From positions 5,947 to 69,946 of the forward strand of contig CAMAVC010000001.1 in NCBI GenBank assembly GCA_945861585.1: a stretch of DNA of 64,000 nucleotides. The letters run 5' to 3'. Numbering within the stretch: position 1 is the first letter of the stretch; every line of letters starts with the position of its first letter. Shown piece after piece: positions 32,654 through 44,733 of this stretch. The notes under the pieces were generated by a model, which had not been told where the DNA came from, searched no databases, and was given only the letters and a program-made list of their open reading frames with translations. A program made the translations under genes and the position numbers. The stretch comes from Planctomicrobium piriforme. GTDB taxonomy: Bacteria > Planctomycetota > Planctomycetia > Pirellulales > UBA1268.

Positions 32654-34627
32654 TCACTGGATGAACAGAAATTCCCGCGTGTTGAGGAGCGCCCAGATCA
32701 CGTTGCCGCATCCGGTCGCCCGATCCTCGGCCGACATGATCTCCTGCACGGCGAGCGCCCGCTCCTCGGCGCTCGGGCGGCGCGAGAGCACCGCCAGAAA
32801 GACGACGTCGATCGCCTCCCGGGGTGCGTGGCTCGTGACCTCGTCGTAGATCACGGAGCCCCGCTCGAGCATCGCATGCGTGATCGGGCCGTTGAACATC
32901 GCCAGGATCTGCGGGACCGTCGCCACGGTCCGCCCACCTTCGATCGTCTCCCGGTCGCTCTGGCCGAACTGTCGGAGAAAGTGCCCGAGCGGCAGCGGCG
33001 TGGGCAGTTCGCTCGCCCGCACGAGCTCCAGGCCGCGGTAGCCGCAGATCTCCATCATGCGCCGCTTGGCGGGCCCCTTGCCATATCGCGACGCGAAGGC
33101 CTCGAGCCCGCGATCAACGTCGGTGAGCGAGGCGGTGCGGAGGTCGAGGTCGAGGACGGCGGCGACCTCCTTCGTGGTGGGCCGCTCGACCGACCATGGA
33201 TTGCGGGCCACGAGCGTGAGAATGGAATCCCACAGTTGCTCGGAGGTCATCCGCGTGAGCGCGGGCCCGGTGAAGCGGAACGGTGCGGCCGACATGGCAT
33301 CGTGGAGCACGGCCCGGCGCTGATACGCCTCGGTTGAAACGACGAGCCGTACGAACTCCCGGAGATCGAACTCCAGCCGCAGCATCTCGTCGGTGAGATG
33401 CTCGAGCAACGCAGGGAAGCTCGCGGGATTGTCCTCCTTGAAATCATCGACCGGCTCGACGAGGCCGATACCCATCAGTTTTTTCCAGAGCCGATTGGCG
33501 ATCGTGCGGGCGAACTGCCGGTTGTCGCGCGACACGATCCAGGCGGCGAACTGCTCCCGCCCGTCGGCTTGCGTCGCGGTTTCGGGCACCTCGCCCCAGA
33601 GCACCTGCGGGCTCACGGCCGCCAGCGGCTTGGCGTCGTCATACTGATAGTCGTGGGGCAGGAGCAGTTTTTTGTCGGCGAAGGCCACGCTCGTGACGTT
33701 GGCCCGGAGATACTGGGCCACCGCCGCTTTGTTGCGCTGGCTGCGATCCCGGTTTGCCATCTGCAGATCGCGAGCGGCTCGGGCGAGCTCTCCGGCGCCC
33801 TGCATGGGCATCCGCTTCTGCTTTTTTCCCTGGCCGTTCCCGCCGGGCCGGGTCTGGATGCCCGCGGTGAACGCGGCCAGTTCGTAGAACTCGCGTTGCG
33901 TCCAGTGGTCGAAGGGGTGGTCGTGGCACTGCGCACAGCCGATCTGCGTGCCGAGGAACACCCGCACGGTGTTGTCCACGTACGGGAGCGGCATCCCCTC
34001 GTCGCGCAGCTGAAACCCGACGGCGGGGTTTTCCCAGAGCCGGCCGTTGGCGGTGAGCATCTCGCGGGCCCACGCGTCGTAAGGCTTGTTTGTGCGGATC
34101 GCCTCCTTCACGTAGTGCAAATACGGCTCGAAGACGAGATGCTTGTCGGGCCGCTCCTGCAGCCGGAGGATGTCGGCCCAATAGTTGTAGAAGTGGCTGA
34201 CGTAGTCGGGGCTCTCGAGCAGCGCGTCGACGAGATCGCCCCGCTTGTCGGCCGCCGCGGAGTCGAGGAATGCCACCACTTCGTCGTGGGTCGGAATCCT
34301 GCCCCCGAGCTCGAGATAGGCGCGCCGCACGAACGCCTCGTCGGCCAAGGGTGGGGACGGCGAGACACCGTGCTCCAGCCAGTGCCCGGCGAGCAGGCCG
34401 TCGATCCGGCTGGCAGCCTCCCGGATCTCCCCGCGTGTGCCCCGGTCGACAGGCACGACCTTCATGACCGACCGCGGCGGCGGCTGCGTCACCGCCTCCG
34501 GCAGCCGCATCATCGCCACGGCCCGCTTGGGACGTTCGCGCGTCTTGCCTTCCGCGCCGAGGGTTGCGGCGAGTCCGGCGAGCGCGACGAACGCCACTCC
34601 GACTCGAATCTGCCACGGACGCATCAT
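32654..34627 (-). CDS. DUF1549/DUF1553 protein (PSD1-type)
   Basis: Motifs: FVRRAYLELGGRIPT, FLGTQIGCAQCHDHPFD, NRLWKKLMGIGLVEPVDD. It sits directly upstream of DUF1501, the standard planctomycete pairing. Confidence 0.9.
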   Translation of the reverse strand: MMRPWQIRVGVAFVALAGLAATLGAEGKTRERPKRAVAMMRLPEAVTQPPPRSVMKVVPVDRGTRGEIREAASRIDGLLAGHWLEHGVSPSPPLADEAFVRRAYLELGGRIPTHDEVVAFLDSAAADKRGDLVDALLESPDYVSHFYNYWADILRLQERPDKHLVFEPYLHYVKEAIRTNKPYDAWAREMLTANGRLWENPAVGFQLRDEGMPLPYVDNTVRVFLGTQIGCAQCHDHPFDHWTQREFYELAAFTAGIQTRPGGNGQGKKQKRMPMQGAGELARAARDLQMANRDRSQRNKAAVAQYLRANVTSVAFADKKLLLPHDYQYDDAKPLAAVSPQVLWGEVPETATQADGREQFAAWIVSRDNRQFARTIANRLWKKLMGIGLVEPVDDFKEDNPASFPALLEHLTDEMLRLEFDLREFVRLVVSTEAYQRRAVLHDAMSAAPFRFTGPALTRMTSEQLWDSILTLVARNPWSVERPTTKEVAAVLDLDLRTASLTDVDRGLEAFASRYGKGPAKRRMMEICGYRGLELVRASELPTPLPLGHFLRQFGQSDRETIEGGRTVATVPQILAMFNGPITHAMLERGSVIYDEVTSHAPREAIDVVFLAVLSRRPSAEERALAVQEIMSAEDRATGCGNVIWALLNTREFLFIQ

Positions 34628-34864
34628 CGGATCACCTACGGAAGGATGGGGGCATCACGATCGATGAGGCGAAAAGGCGGGCGACCATGCGTGAGACCTT
34701 TCAGATTCAAGGGCGAAAAACACCAAGACGGCGGCGGCTCCTCCTTTTGAACGACCAGCCGGGCCGGAAGTTCCGGGAGGAGACGCGAGCCGCCGCTCGC
34801 GGCGGGCTCCCCGGGCGGTATTGTATGAGGGTCGGCGTTTATTCCTCTCTCCCCGAGGCCCCTG

Positions 34865-37800
34865 ATGCGCCCCACGACGTCCGTCGTTTCCTCCATGCTC
34901 GCATCCATCGCGCTGCTGGCCCCGCCGGGCCAAGCCGCGGACCCCGCCGCACCCGCCTGGCGGCAGCGTCTCGAAATCATGCCCCTCGCCTCGGCCCCCC
35001 ACGGCACCGCGGCGGCTTCTGCCACCCCCGCCCTGGCACCGTGGATCTGGGGGCCCGACGAGCGGCGCGAATACCGGCTGACAAAGTCGTTCCGTGGCAA
35101 CGCCACGGCGGCGGTCCTCGTGGCCACCTGCGACAACCGGATGCAGCTGTTCATCAACGGCACCGAGGTCGCGGCCAGCGACACCTGGGAAAAACCCCTT
35201 GCGATCGATGTCACCAGGCACCTCCGTGACGGCGACAACGAACTCGTGGCAGTCGTCGGCAACGCCGGCGGTCTCGCCGGATTCTCCTGCCGTCTCGTGC
35301 TCACCGATCCCGACGGCGGCGTGCGGGTGGTCGAAAGCGATGCTTCGTGGAGCGCCTTCGATACGCTTTCGCCGCCGAACCCCGTCGCGCTGCGGGTGGT
35401 CGCCGAGCCGGGCAAAGGCCCATGGGGCGACGTACTCGCCGGCGCAGCGAGCAGGCCGACAGATACGCCGCCGTTCACCGTGCCCGCCGGATTCCGCGTG
35501 GAGCGGCTCGTCGTCGTGCCGCGCGACGAACTCGGATCATGGGTTGCGCTCACGACCGACTCCAAGGGACGCATCATCGCCAGCGACCAGGGCGACAAGG
35601 GGCTCGTGCGGATCACACCCGCGCCGCTCGATGGCTCCGGCGAGACGCTCGTCGAAAAGATCCCCGTGCCGCTCTCGAGCGCCCAGGGGCTTCTCTGGGC
35701 GTTCGACTCGCTGTACGTCGTGTGCAATGGCGGCCCCGGTAGTGGGCTGTATCGCGTCACCGATGCGAATGCCGACGACACGCTCGACACGGTCGAGAAG
35801 CTCCGCGTGTTCTCCGGCGGCGGCGAACATGGCCCCCACAACATCCTGTTGTCTCCCGACGGGCAGCGGCTGTTCATCATCTGCGGCAACCACACAAAGA
35901 CGCCGTTCGAGGTGAAGAACGTCACCGAACCGCAGACGATGGGGGGCATTCGCTCGACGCAGCGCCGGGTCGAACTGCCGGCGGAGGCGACGAGCCGGCT
36001 GCCCGCCAACTGGGACGAAGACCAGATCATTCCCCGGCTGTGGGATGCCAACGGGCATGCTGCGGGGATCCTCGCTCCCGGCGGCTATGTCGTCAGCACC
36101 GACCGCGACGGCAAGGCATGGGAAATCTGGACCGCCGGCTACCGCAATCCGTACGACTTCGCCTTCAACGCCGACGGCGAGATGTTCGTGTACGACGCCG
36201 ACATGGAATGGGACTTCGGCACGCCGTGGTATCGCCCCACCCGCGTCAACCACGCCCCGAGCGGCAGCGACCTCGGCTGGCGGAGCGGCTCGGGCAAGTG
36301 GCAGGCGTCGTTCCCCGACAGCCTGCCGGCCCTCGTGGATATCGGGCCGGGCTCGCCCGTAGGTGTGGCATTCGGCTCTGGCACGAAGTTCCCCGCGAAG
36401 TACCAGAAGGCCCTGTACGTCTGCGACTGGACGTTCGGCACGATGTATGCCATCCACCTCGAGCCCTCGGGCTCGACCTACGCGGGCAAGAAAGAGGAGT
36501 TCGTGTCGCGCACGCCGCTGCCGCTCACCGACGTGACGGTCGGCCGCGATGGCGCCCTCTACTTCGCCGTCGGCGGCCGCGGCGGCCAGAGCGAACTCTA
36601 TCGCGTCGTCTATGCCGGCTCCGAATCGACGGCGGCGGTCGACGCCCGCGCGACGGCCGGTACCGCCGAGCGAACGCTGCGCCGCGACCTCGAGGCCCTC
36701 CATCGGCGCTCGGACGATCCGGCTGCGGCGATCGCCCGGGCCCTCCCACACCTCTCGAACCCCGACCGATTCATCCGCTCCGCCGCCCGCGTGGCACTCG
36801 AGCACCAGCCAATCGAGCTCTGGCAGACCAAGGCGCTCGCCGCCACCGATCCGCATGCCATCATCGCGGCCGCCATCGCCGTGGCCCACCAGGCTGAGCC
36901 AGCGGCCGCGCCGGAGGTGCTCGCCGCCCTCGATCGGATCGACCCCCAGGCCCTCGACGTCCCCGGCCGGATCGACCTCGCGCGGGCCTACGAGCTCGCG
37001 ATCGTCCGCCTCGGCGAACCCTCGGCCGAGGCCAAGGCTCGGATCGCCAGCCGCCTTGGGCCGCTGTTTCCCTCGGGCGATTTCGACCTCGATCGCGAAC
37101 TGTCGAGCCTCCTCGTGGCCCTGCGGGCGCCGGGCATCGTGCCCAAGCTCGTGGGCATGCTCGCCGCACCGACGCAATCGGCCGCCACCACGAACCTCGC
37201 CCCGAGCGAGGCCGATCTCCGACAGTTGCTCGAGCGCAATGCCCAGTACGGCAACGCCGTCCGCGCCTCGCTCGAGAAGCGTGCCGACCTGCTCCAGATC
37301 CATTACGCCTATGTCCTGCGGACCGTGGGCGAGAAGGATGCGTGGGCCCCTGCCGATCGCAGGGGCTACTACGAGTGGTTTGCCCGGGCACGGGACTGGG
37401 CCGGCGGCAACAGCTTCCGGAAGTTCCTCACGAACATCGAGAACGAAAGCCTGGCGCATCTCACCGACACCGAAAAAATGGCGCTCGAGACGCTCGGGGT
37501 TCGCAAGCCCTACGTGCCGCCGCCGCTGCCGAAGCCGGAGGGCCCGGGCAGAGCGTGGTCGGTGGACGAGGTGCTGGCGCTGGCCGCCAGGCCGGATGCC
37601 GAAGGCCTCGCGAAGGGCCGCGACTTCGAACACGGCAAACGCACCTTCGCAGCGGCCCGGTGCATCGTCTGCCATCGCTATGGCGAGGAGGGCGGCGCCA
37701 CGGGGCCTGATCTCACGCAAGTAGCCGGCCGGTTTCAGCTCAAGGACCTCGTTGAGGCGATCGTCCATCCGAGCAAGGTGGTGTCCGACCAATACAAGGC

Positions 37801-38068
37801 GAGCATCGTGCAGACGGCCGACGGCAAGGTGGTGAGCGGGCGGATCGTGAACGAGTCGCCGGAGGCGATCACGATCGTCACCGACCCCGAGGACGCGACG
37901 AAGTTCGTGACACTCGCCCGGGCCGACATCGAGGAGATCCTGCCGGCAGCCGAGTCGCTGATGCCGAAGGGGCTCCTCGACCAGCTCAACGACCGCGAGG
38001 TGCTCGACCTCCTGGCCTACACCCTGGCCCGCGACAGGCCGCAAGACGCCCGCTTCAAGAAAAAATAG
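34865..38068 (+). CDS. PVC-type heme-binding CxxCH protein (dehydrogenase-like beta-propeller + HEAT-like repeats + C-terminal cytochrome c)
   Basis: Has a signal peptide and a propeller-type segment FRVERLVVVPRDELGSWVALTTDSKGRIIASDQGDKGLVRI. The C-terminal motif AAARCIVCHRYGEEGGATGPDLT is a CxxCH heme site. Confidence 0.8.
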   Translation: MRPTTSVVSSMLASIALLAPPGQAADPAAPAWRQRLEIMPLASAPHGTAAASATPALAPWIWGPDERREYRLTKSFRGNATAAVLVATCDNRMQLFINGTEVAASDTWEKPLAIDVTRHLRDGDNELVAVVGNAGGLAGFSCRLVLTDPDGGVRVVESDASWSAFDTLSPPNPVALRVVAEPGKGPWGDVLAGAASRPTDTPPFTVPAGFRVERLVVVPRDELGSWVALTTDSKGRIIASDQGDKGLVRITPAPLDGSGETLVEKIPVPLSSAQGLLWAFDSLYVVCNGGPGSGLYRVTDANADDTLDTVEKLRVFSGGGEHGPHNILLSPDGQRLFIICGNHTKTPFEVKNVTEPQTMGGIRSTQRRVELPAEATSRLPANWDEDQIIPRLWDANGHAAGILAPGGYVVSTDRDGKAWEIWTAGYRNPYDFAFNADGEMFVYDADMEWDFGTPWYRPTRVNHAPSGSDLGWRSGSGKWQASFPDSLPALVDIGPGSPVGVAFGSGTKFPAKYQKALYVCDWTFGTMYAIHLEPSGSTYAGKKEEFVSRTPLPLTDVTVGRDGALYFAVGGRGGQSELYRVVYAGSESTAAVDARATAGTAERTLRRDLEALHRRSDDPAAAIARALPHLSNPDRFIRSAARVALEHQPIELWQTKALAATDPHAIIAAAIAVAHQAEPAAAPEVLAALDRIDPQALDVPGRIDLARAYELAIVRLGEPSAEAKARIASRLGPLFPSGDFDLDRELSSLLVALRAPGIVPKLVGMLAAPTQSAATTNLAPSEADLRQLLERNAQYGNAVRASLEKRADLLQIHYAYVLRTVGEKDAWAPADRRGYYEWFARARDWAGGNSFRKFLTNIENESLAHLTDTEKMALETLGVRKPYVPPPLPKPEGPGRAWSVDEVLALAARPDAEGLAKGRDFEHGKRTFAAARCIVCHRYGEEGGATGPDLTQVAGRFQLKDLVEAIVHPSKVVSDQYKASIVQTADGKVVSGRIVNESPEAITIVTDPEDATKFVTLARADIEEILPAAESLMPKGLLDQLNDREVLDLLAYTLARDRPQDARFKKK

Positions 38069-38105
38069 CCTGCCTCACGATCCGGCATGGCATCCTGCGG
38101 CCTCC

Positions 38106-39263
38106 ATGAAGCCACACCTCCATTCCGCATTTGCATCCTGCCCCGACCGACGGGAGACGGGCTCGGAGAAATGGGACCGCTGGGCGGACCGCGACGTGCT
38201 CCCGGTGTGGGTGGCCGACATGGATTTTCGCACGCCGGAAGTCGTGCTCGACGCCATCCGGGCGCGTGTCGACCACGGCGTGTTCGGCTACACGCACGAG
38301 CCTCCCGGATTTCGCCCCGCACTCGCAGATCACTGCGCCCGTCGTCACGGCTGGCAGGTTGATCCCGACTGGATCGTCGCCGTACCGGGTGTCGTGACGG
38401 CGCTCGCGCTCACGGCACGGCTGTGTGCGGAGCCCGCTGACGGCATCCTCACGTTCACGCCTGTGTACCCGCCATTCCTCACCCTGCCGGGGCCCGCCGG
38501 CCGGGCCTGCGTGCGGGTGCCGCTCATGCGGGGATCGACCGCGTGGTCGATCGACTTCGACGCCCTCGACGAGGCCGCAGGCACGTCGTTGCCGAAACTT
38601 CTCTGGCTCTGCCATCCGCACAACCCCACGGGCACCGTGTTTTCTCGCACCGATCTTTTGCAACTGGCCGAGCTGACCGACCGCCACGGGATCACGGTCG
38701 TCAGCGACGAGATCTGGGCCGACCTCGTGCTCGACGATGATGCGGGGCATGTTCCATTCGCGAGCCTCGATCATCCGGCGGCCCAGCGGGCGATCACGCT
38801 CGTCGCGCCGTCGAAGACGTGGAATCTTGCCGGGCTCGGCTGTGCCGCCGCGATCATTCGCGACGAATCACTCCGCCGTCGCTGGCGGAGTGTCGGCGGG
38901 GGCCTCGTGCCGATGGTCAATCCGCTCGGCTATGCCGCCGCCGAGGCAGCCTGGCGGCACGGTGACGCCTGGCGGTGCGAACTGCTCGCGCTGTTGCGCC
39001 ACCACCGCGGGCTTGTGCTCGAACGCGTCGCACTGATCCCAGGTCTTTCCTGTCTGCCCTGGCAGGCGACCTATCTGGCCTGGATCGACTGCCGGGCGAC
39101 GGGATGCGCAGATCCGCAGGTCGCCTGCGAGGCTGCCGGGCTCGGTCCGTCCGACGGTCGCGATTTCGGCCTCCCGGGATTCATCCGCCTGAACACCGCC
39201 TGCCCGACGGATCGGCTCCTCGTGGCGCTCGACAGGTTGGCTCAGGCATTTCCGGCTGCGTGA
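38106..39263 (+). CDS. PLP-dependent C-S lyase / aminotransferase class I-II (MalY/PatB-like)
   Basis: Motifs: GSEKWDR, LPVWVADMDF, and VAPSKTWNLAGLG with the PLP lysine. Confidence 0.8.
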   Translation: MKPHLHSAFASCPDRRETGSEKWDRWADRDVLPVWVADMDFRTPEVVLDAIRARVDHGVFGYTHEPPGFRPALADHCARRHGWQVDPDWIVAVPGVVTALALTARLCAEPADGILTFTPVYPPFLTLPGPAGRACVRVPLMRGSTAWSIDFDALDEAAGTSLPKLLWLCHPHNPTGTVFSRTDLLQLAELTDRHGITVVSDEIWADLVLDDDAGHVPFASLDHPAAQRAITLVAPSKTWNLAGLGCAAAIIRDESLRRRWRSVGGGLVPMVNPLGYAAAEAAWRHGDAWRCELLALLRHHRGLVLERVALIPGLSCLPWQATYLAWIDCRATGCADPQVACEAAGLGPSDGRDFGLPGFIRLNTACPTDRLLVALDRLAQAFPAA

Positions 39264-39408
39264 CCTCGGCAAGTGGCGAAGGTTCGGTGACGGGGGCCGA
39301 GTTTGCAGCTGCCGTCGGCTCTGATCCGGCTGCGGTTCCCGATGCAGTGGCCCCCTTCCCGCAGCCGATGCTCCCGATGAGGAATTCAGTCTCCGCGGGA
39401 GCGACGCC

Positions 39409-39711
39409 ATGGCAGGGAAGAAGAAAAGTTCGAAAAGCATGAGTTACACCCAACGGATCGCCCAGGTCGCCACCGTCGGCATGCCTGCGCCGGTGCAGCA
39501 GGTGGCCATGTCGAAGATCGGCTCCCGAATTCTTCTCCTGTTGATTCCGATCCTGATCGCCACAGGCGTGATCACTGTCTCGTTCTCGGGCGGCATTCCC
39601 TCGGTGACTTTCAATCGCGACCGGGCTCAGGCCGTGGGCCGTGAGCTCGGAGCCGACGCGATGCGGGCCGCCGAACGCGTGCGGCAGGCCAACGACCCCA
39701 CGTATCGGTAG
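39409..39711 (+). CDS. hypothetical small membrane protein
   Basis: Lys-rich N-terminus and one TM helix (ILLLLIPILIATGVITVSF). Codon bias looks coding. Confidence 0.5.
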   Translation: MAGKKKSSKSMSYTQRIAQVATVGMPAPVQQVAMSKIGSRILLLLIPILIATGVITVSFSGGIPSVTFNRDRAQAVGRELGADAMRAAERVRQANDPTYR

Positions 39712-39760
39712 CGGATTGCTATACTTCGCGGGCTTCCATCACCCCCAGGAGCCCCGATCG

Positions 39761-40237
39761 ATGCGTCGCCTCTGCGTGTCCGCCGTCGTCTGCTGCCTGT
39801 CCGTCTTCACCCTCGCCTCCCGGGAGACTCTCATGGCCGCCGACGTGCCCCATCCCCAATTGCCGGCTGGTGCCGGTGCGATCGACGCTGCCGCTCCGAA
39901 GGCGTTCGCCACGACGGGATCCGGCCTGCAATACCGCGTGCTCCGTCAGGGAGCCGGGGCGAATCCAAAAGCCGCGAACACCGTGAAGGTGAACTATCAC
40001 GGCTGGCTCGACGACGGGAAAGTGTTCGACAGTTCCTACCAGCGTGGTGAAGCGATCGAGTTTCCGCTCAACGGAGTGATCCCGGGCTGGACCGAGGGTA
40101 TGCAGCTCGTCGGTGAGGGTGGCATGATCGAACTCTTGATTCCCGCCAACCTCGGCTATGGTGTCCGCGGCGCACCGCCGGTGATTCCTCCCAACGCCAC
40201 GCTGCACTTTCTCGTCGAACTCCTCGACGTCCGGTAG
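39761..40237 (+). CDS. FKBP-type peptidyl-prolyl cis-trans isomerase, secreted
   Basis: Trimmed to MRRLCVSAVVCCLSVFTLA, preceded by AGGAG. Motifs: VNYHGWLDDGKVFDSSY, GVIPGWTEGMQLVGEGG, IPANLGYG. Confidence 0.9.
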   Translation: MRRLCVSAVVCCLSVFTLASRETLMAADVPHPQLPAGAGAIDAAAPKAFATTGSGLQYRVLRQGAGANPKAANTVKVNYHGWLDDGKVFDSSYQRGEAIEFPLNGVIPGWTEGMQLVGEGGMIELLIPANLGYGVRGAPPVIPPNATLHFLVELLDVR

Positions 40238-40755
40238 CCGTCGGATCGCTGTCACCGTGGTGCCGGCCGATCGCACGGCGCTGAAACCGTCACCCGTCCC
40301 GCCATCTGGATGGCGCGCGACAGACCGTCTGCTTCCGCCGAATTGCAGGGCCGGCCAGCGGACGCCCACGATCGAGCCGTTCGTCCACCAACCCCTCTCG
40401 GGGCTGCACTCGCATCCCAATCCGCCTCGTTCCGACATCGAATCAACACTTTTCCAACGCCCCTGAAATGCTCTTCATCACTCTGCCATGAAACGGTTTA
40501 CGGCTCCCACGACATCGTGTGCGAGTGCTCGAAGAGGGCCTCGTTACTGTTCCTTTTTCTCGTGTTCTTGATCCCTGTCTTCTGTTCTCTCAATCTCTTT
40601 TGAGAAGATCAGGAAGAAGTTTCGCTCCTCTCGCCCGAGATCGGCGAAACGGAGGCGTTTTCAGGGGATTTCCGTCGGCCCTGTGTCGGGTACAGTAAGG
40701 GTTCTGTCACTGCGGCTAGCGTGACAGTTCCCTTGGAAAGGACCGTTCCAGCCCG

Positions 40756-41868
40756 ATGAAAGTGCGTTGTTCCCGTGAGCCGCTCCTTGCCGCCCTGCAG
40801 AGTGCGTCGGCTGTGGTGCCCGCTCGGTCGCCCAAGCCCGTCCTCACAAATGTCAAGCTCGAAGCGACGAGTGATTCAGCCGTGCTGTCGGCCACGGATC
40901 TCGAGGTTGGCATCCGCACCGAGATCGAGGGAGTCGAGACCTTGGCGCCGGGCGCTGCGCTGTTGCCGAGTGCGCGGCTTTCAGCGATCGTCCGCGAGAG
41001 CGCCCCGGGCACCGTCTTCGAACTATCCGCCGATGGCACGGCCACGCTCGTGAAGGCTCCCCGCAGCGAATTCCGGCTCCCCGGAGAAGACCCGCTCGAG
41101 TTTCCATCCGTCGCCACGTTTCCCGACGAACCGTGCTTCGAATTGTCGACTCCGCTTGTGCGGGAGCTCGTCAAACGCACCGTATTCGCAACCGACAACG
41201 AGTCGAGCCGCTTCGCCCTGGGGGGTGTCCTGTTGGAACTCTCCACGCGCGCCGTGACCGCCGTCGGCACCGACGGCCGCCGGCTCGCCAAGATGGAGGG
41301 CCCGGCAGCCGGGTTCAACGGCAGCCCGTCGGATGCCCAGCCGATCGTGCCGGCCCGGGCGATGCAACTCGTCGAACGGTGTCTCGCGGCGGCCGACGCG
41401 CCGGTGCACGTGGCCGTTCGACCGGCGGAAATTCTCGTCAGGACGGGTGCCACCACGATTTCGGCACGGCTCGTCGAGGGGCGGTTTCCGCGGTGGCGAG
41501 ACGTTTTTCCCGAGCGTCCTGAGGCGGTGCGGGTGAGCCTCGTCACAGGACCGCTGTTGGCGGCCGTTCGTCAGGCGGCGATCGTGACCAGCGAGCAGTC
41601 GAAGGGGGTCGATTTCGTGTTCGAGCCGGGCCGGCTCGTACTCTCGGGCCGCTCCGCCGAGAGCGGCGAGAGCCGGATCGAACTGCCGATCGACCACGCC
41701 GGCGAGGCCGTGAAGATCAAGCTCGATCCCCGATTCATGAGTGATTTTCTGCGTGTGCTCGATGGCGGTGTGACGGTGTCGGTGGAACTCACCGATCCGC
41801 AGAGCGCCTGCGTGTGCCGCACCGACGACGGCTACGGCTATGTGATCATGCCCTTGGCCGCCGACTGA
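40756..41868 (+). CDS. dnaN: DNA polymerase III beta sliding clamp
   Basis: Typical DnaN throughout: LLAALQSASAVVPARSPKPVLTNVKLEA ... RFALGGVLLE ... GRFPRWRDVFP ... YGYVIMPL. Confidence 0.95.
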   Translation: MKVRCSREPLLAALQSASAVVPARSPKPVLTNVKLEATSDSAVLSATDLEVGIRTEIEGVETLAPGAALLPSARLSAIVRESAPGTVFELSADGTATLVKAPRSEFRLPGEDPLEFPSVATFPDEPCFELSTPLVRELVKRTVFATDNESSRFALGGVLLELSTRAVTAVGTDGRRLAKMEGPAAGFNGSPSDAQPIVPARAMQLVERCLAAADAPVHVAVRPAEILVRTGATTISARLVEGRFPRWRDVFPERPEAVRVSLVTGPLLAAVRQAAIVTSEQSKGVDFVFEPGRLVLSGRSAESGESRIELPIDHAGEAVKIKLDPRFMSDFLRVLDGGVTVSVELTDPQSACVCRTDDGYGYVIMPLAAD

Positions 41869-41871
41869 ACC

Positions 41872-42231
41872 ATGGCGACGGCGATGATGAAGAATACATC
41901 CGGCGGTCCGCGATCGATCGGTGGACTCATGTCGCGGCTTCTGGCCCGCACGGGCTACGACCAGCAGCAGACTGCCGGAGCACTCGTCGACGCCTGGGAC
42001 CAGGCTGTGCCGGCCGTATTCCGCCGGGCCTCGCAGCCGGGGCTTGTGAAGCGCGGCGTGCTCGAGGTGTTCGTGAGCCACTCGGCCCTCGTTCAGGAGA
42101 TGGGTTTTTACAAGCGGGAGATCCTCGCCAAGCTCACGGCGAGCGTGCCGGGCGAGGGAATTACCGACATCCGCTGCCGCGTGCTCGCCGATGCCGGACG
42201 ATCGACACCGACCAACGACAGGGGACCTTGA
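41872..42231 (+). CDS. DUF721 domain protein (DciA-like)
   Basis: 119 aa, with 3-nt gaps to dnaN and gyrB. The segment GVLEVFVSHSALVQEMGFYKREILAKL matches the DUF721 pattern as I remember it. Confidence 0.7.
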   Translation: MATAMMKNTSGGPRSIGGLMSRLLARTGYDQQQTAGALVDAWDQAVPAVFRRASQPGLVKRGVLEVFVSHSALVQEMGFYKREILAKLTASVPGEGITDIRCRVLADAGRSTPTNDRGP

Positions 42232-44715
<2,484 letters not shown>

Positions 44716-44733
44716 GACAGGCTTCAGCCTGTC
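44716..44733 (+). terminator. palindromic hairpin GACAGGCT-TC-AGCCTGTC immediately after the gyrB stop (member of a repeat family)
   Basis: Read directly. It begins 1 nt after the TAG at 44713-44715. The identical 18-mer recurs at 62528-62545, and a variant GGCAGGCT-CG-AGCCTGCC occurs at 47255-47272. No U-tract follows. Confidence 0.5.

Noticed and set aside
34711-34721. The 11-mer gggcgaaaaac is shared with the sequence right after the G14 tract (4571-4581).
   Set aside because: Many 11-mer coincidences are expected by chance in 64 kb on both strands, and there is no extended similarity.
40240-40755. Replication origin (oriC) call upstream of dnaN.
   Set aside because: No clustered DnaA boxes close to TTATCCACA and no adjacent dnaA. 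Only the low-GC tract is reported, as a finding rather than as an oriC feature.
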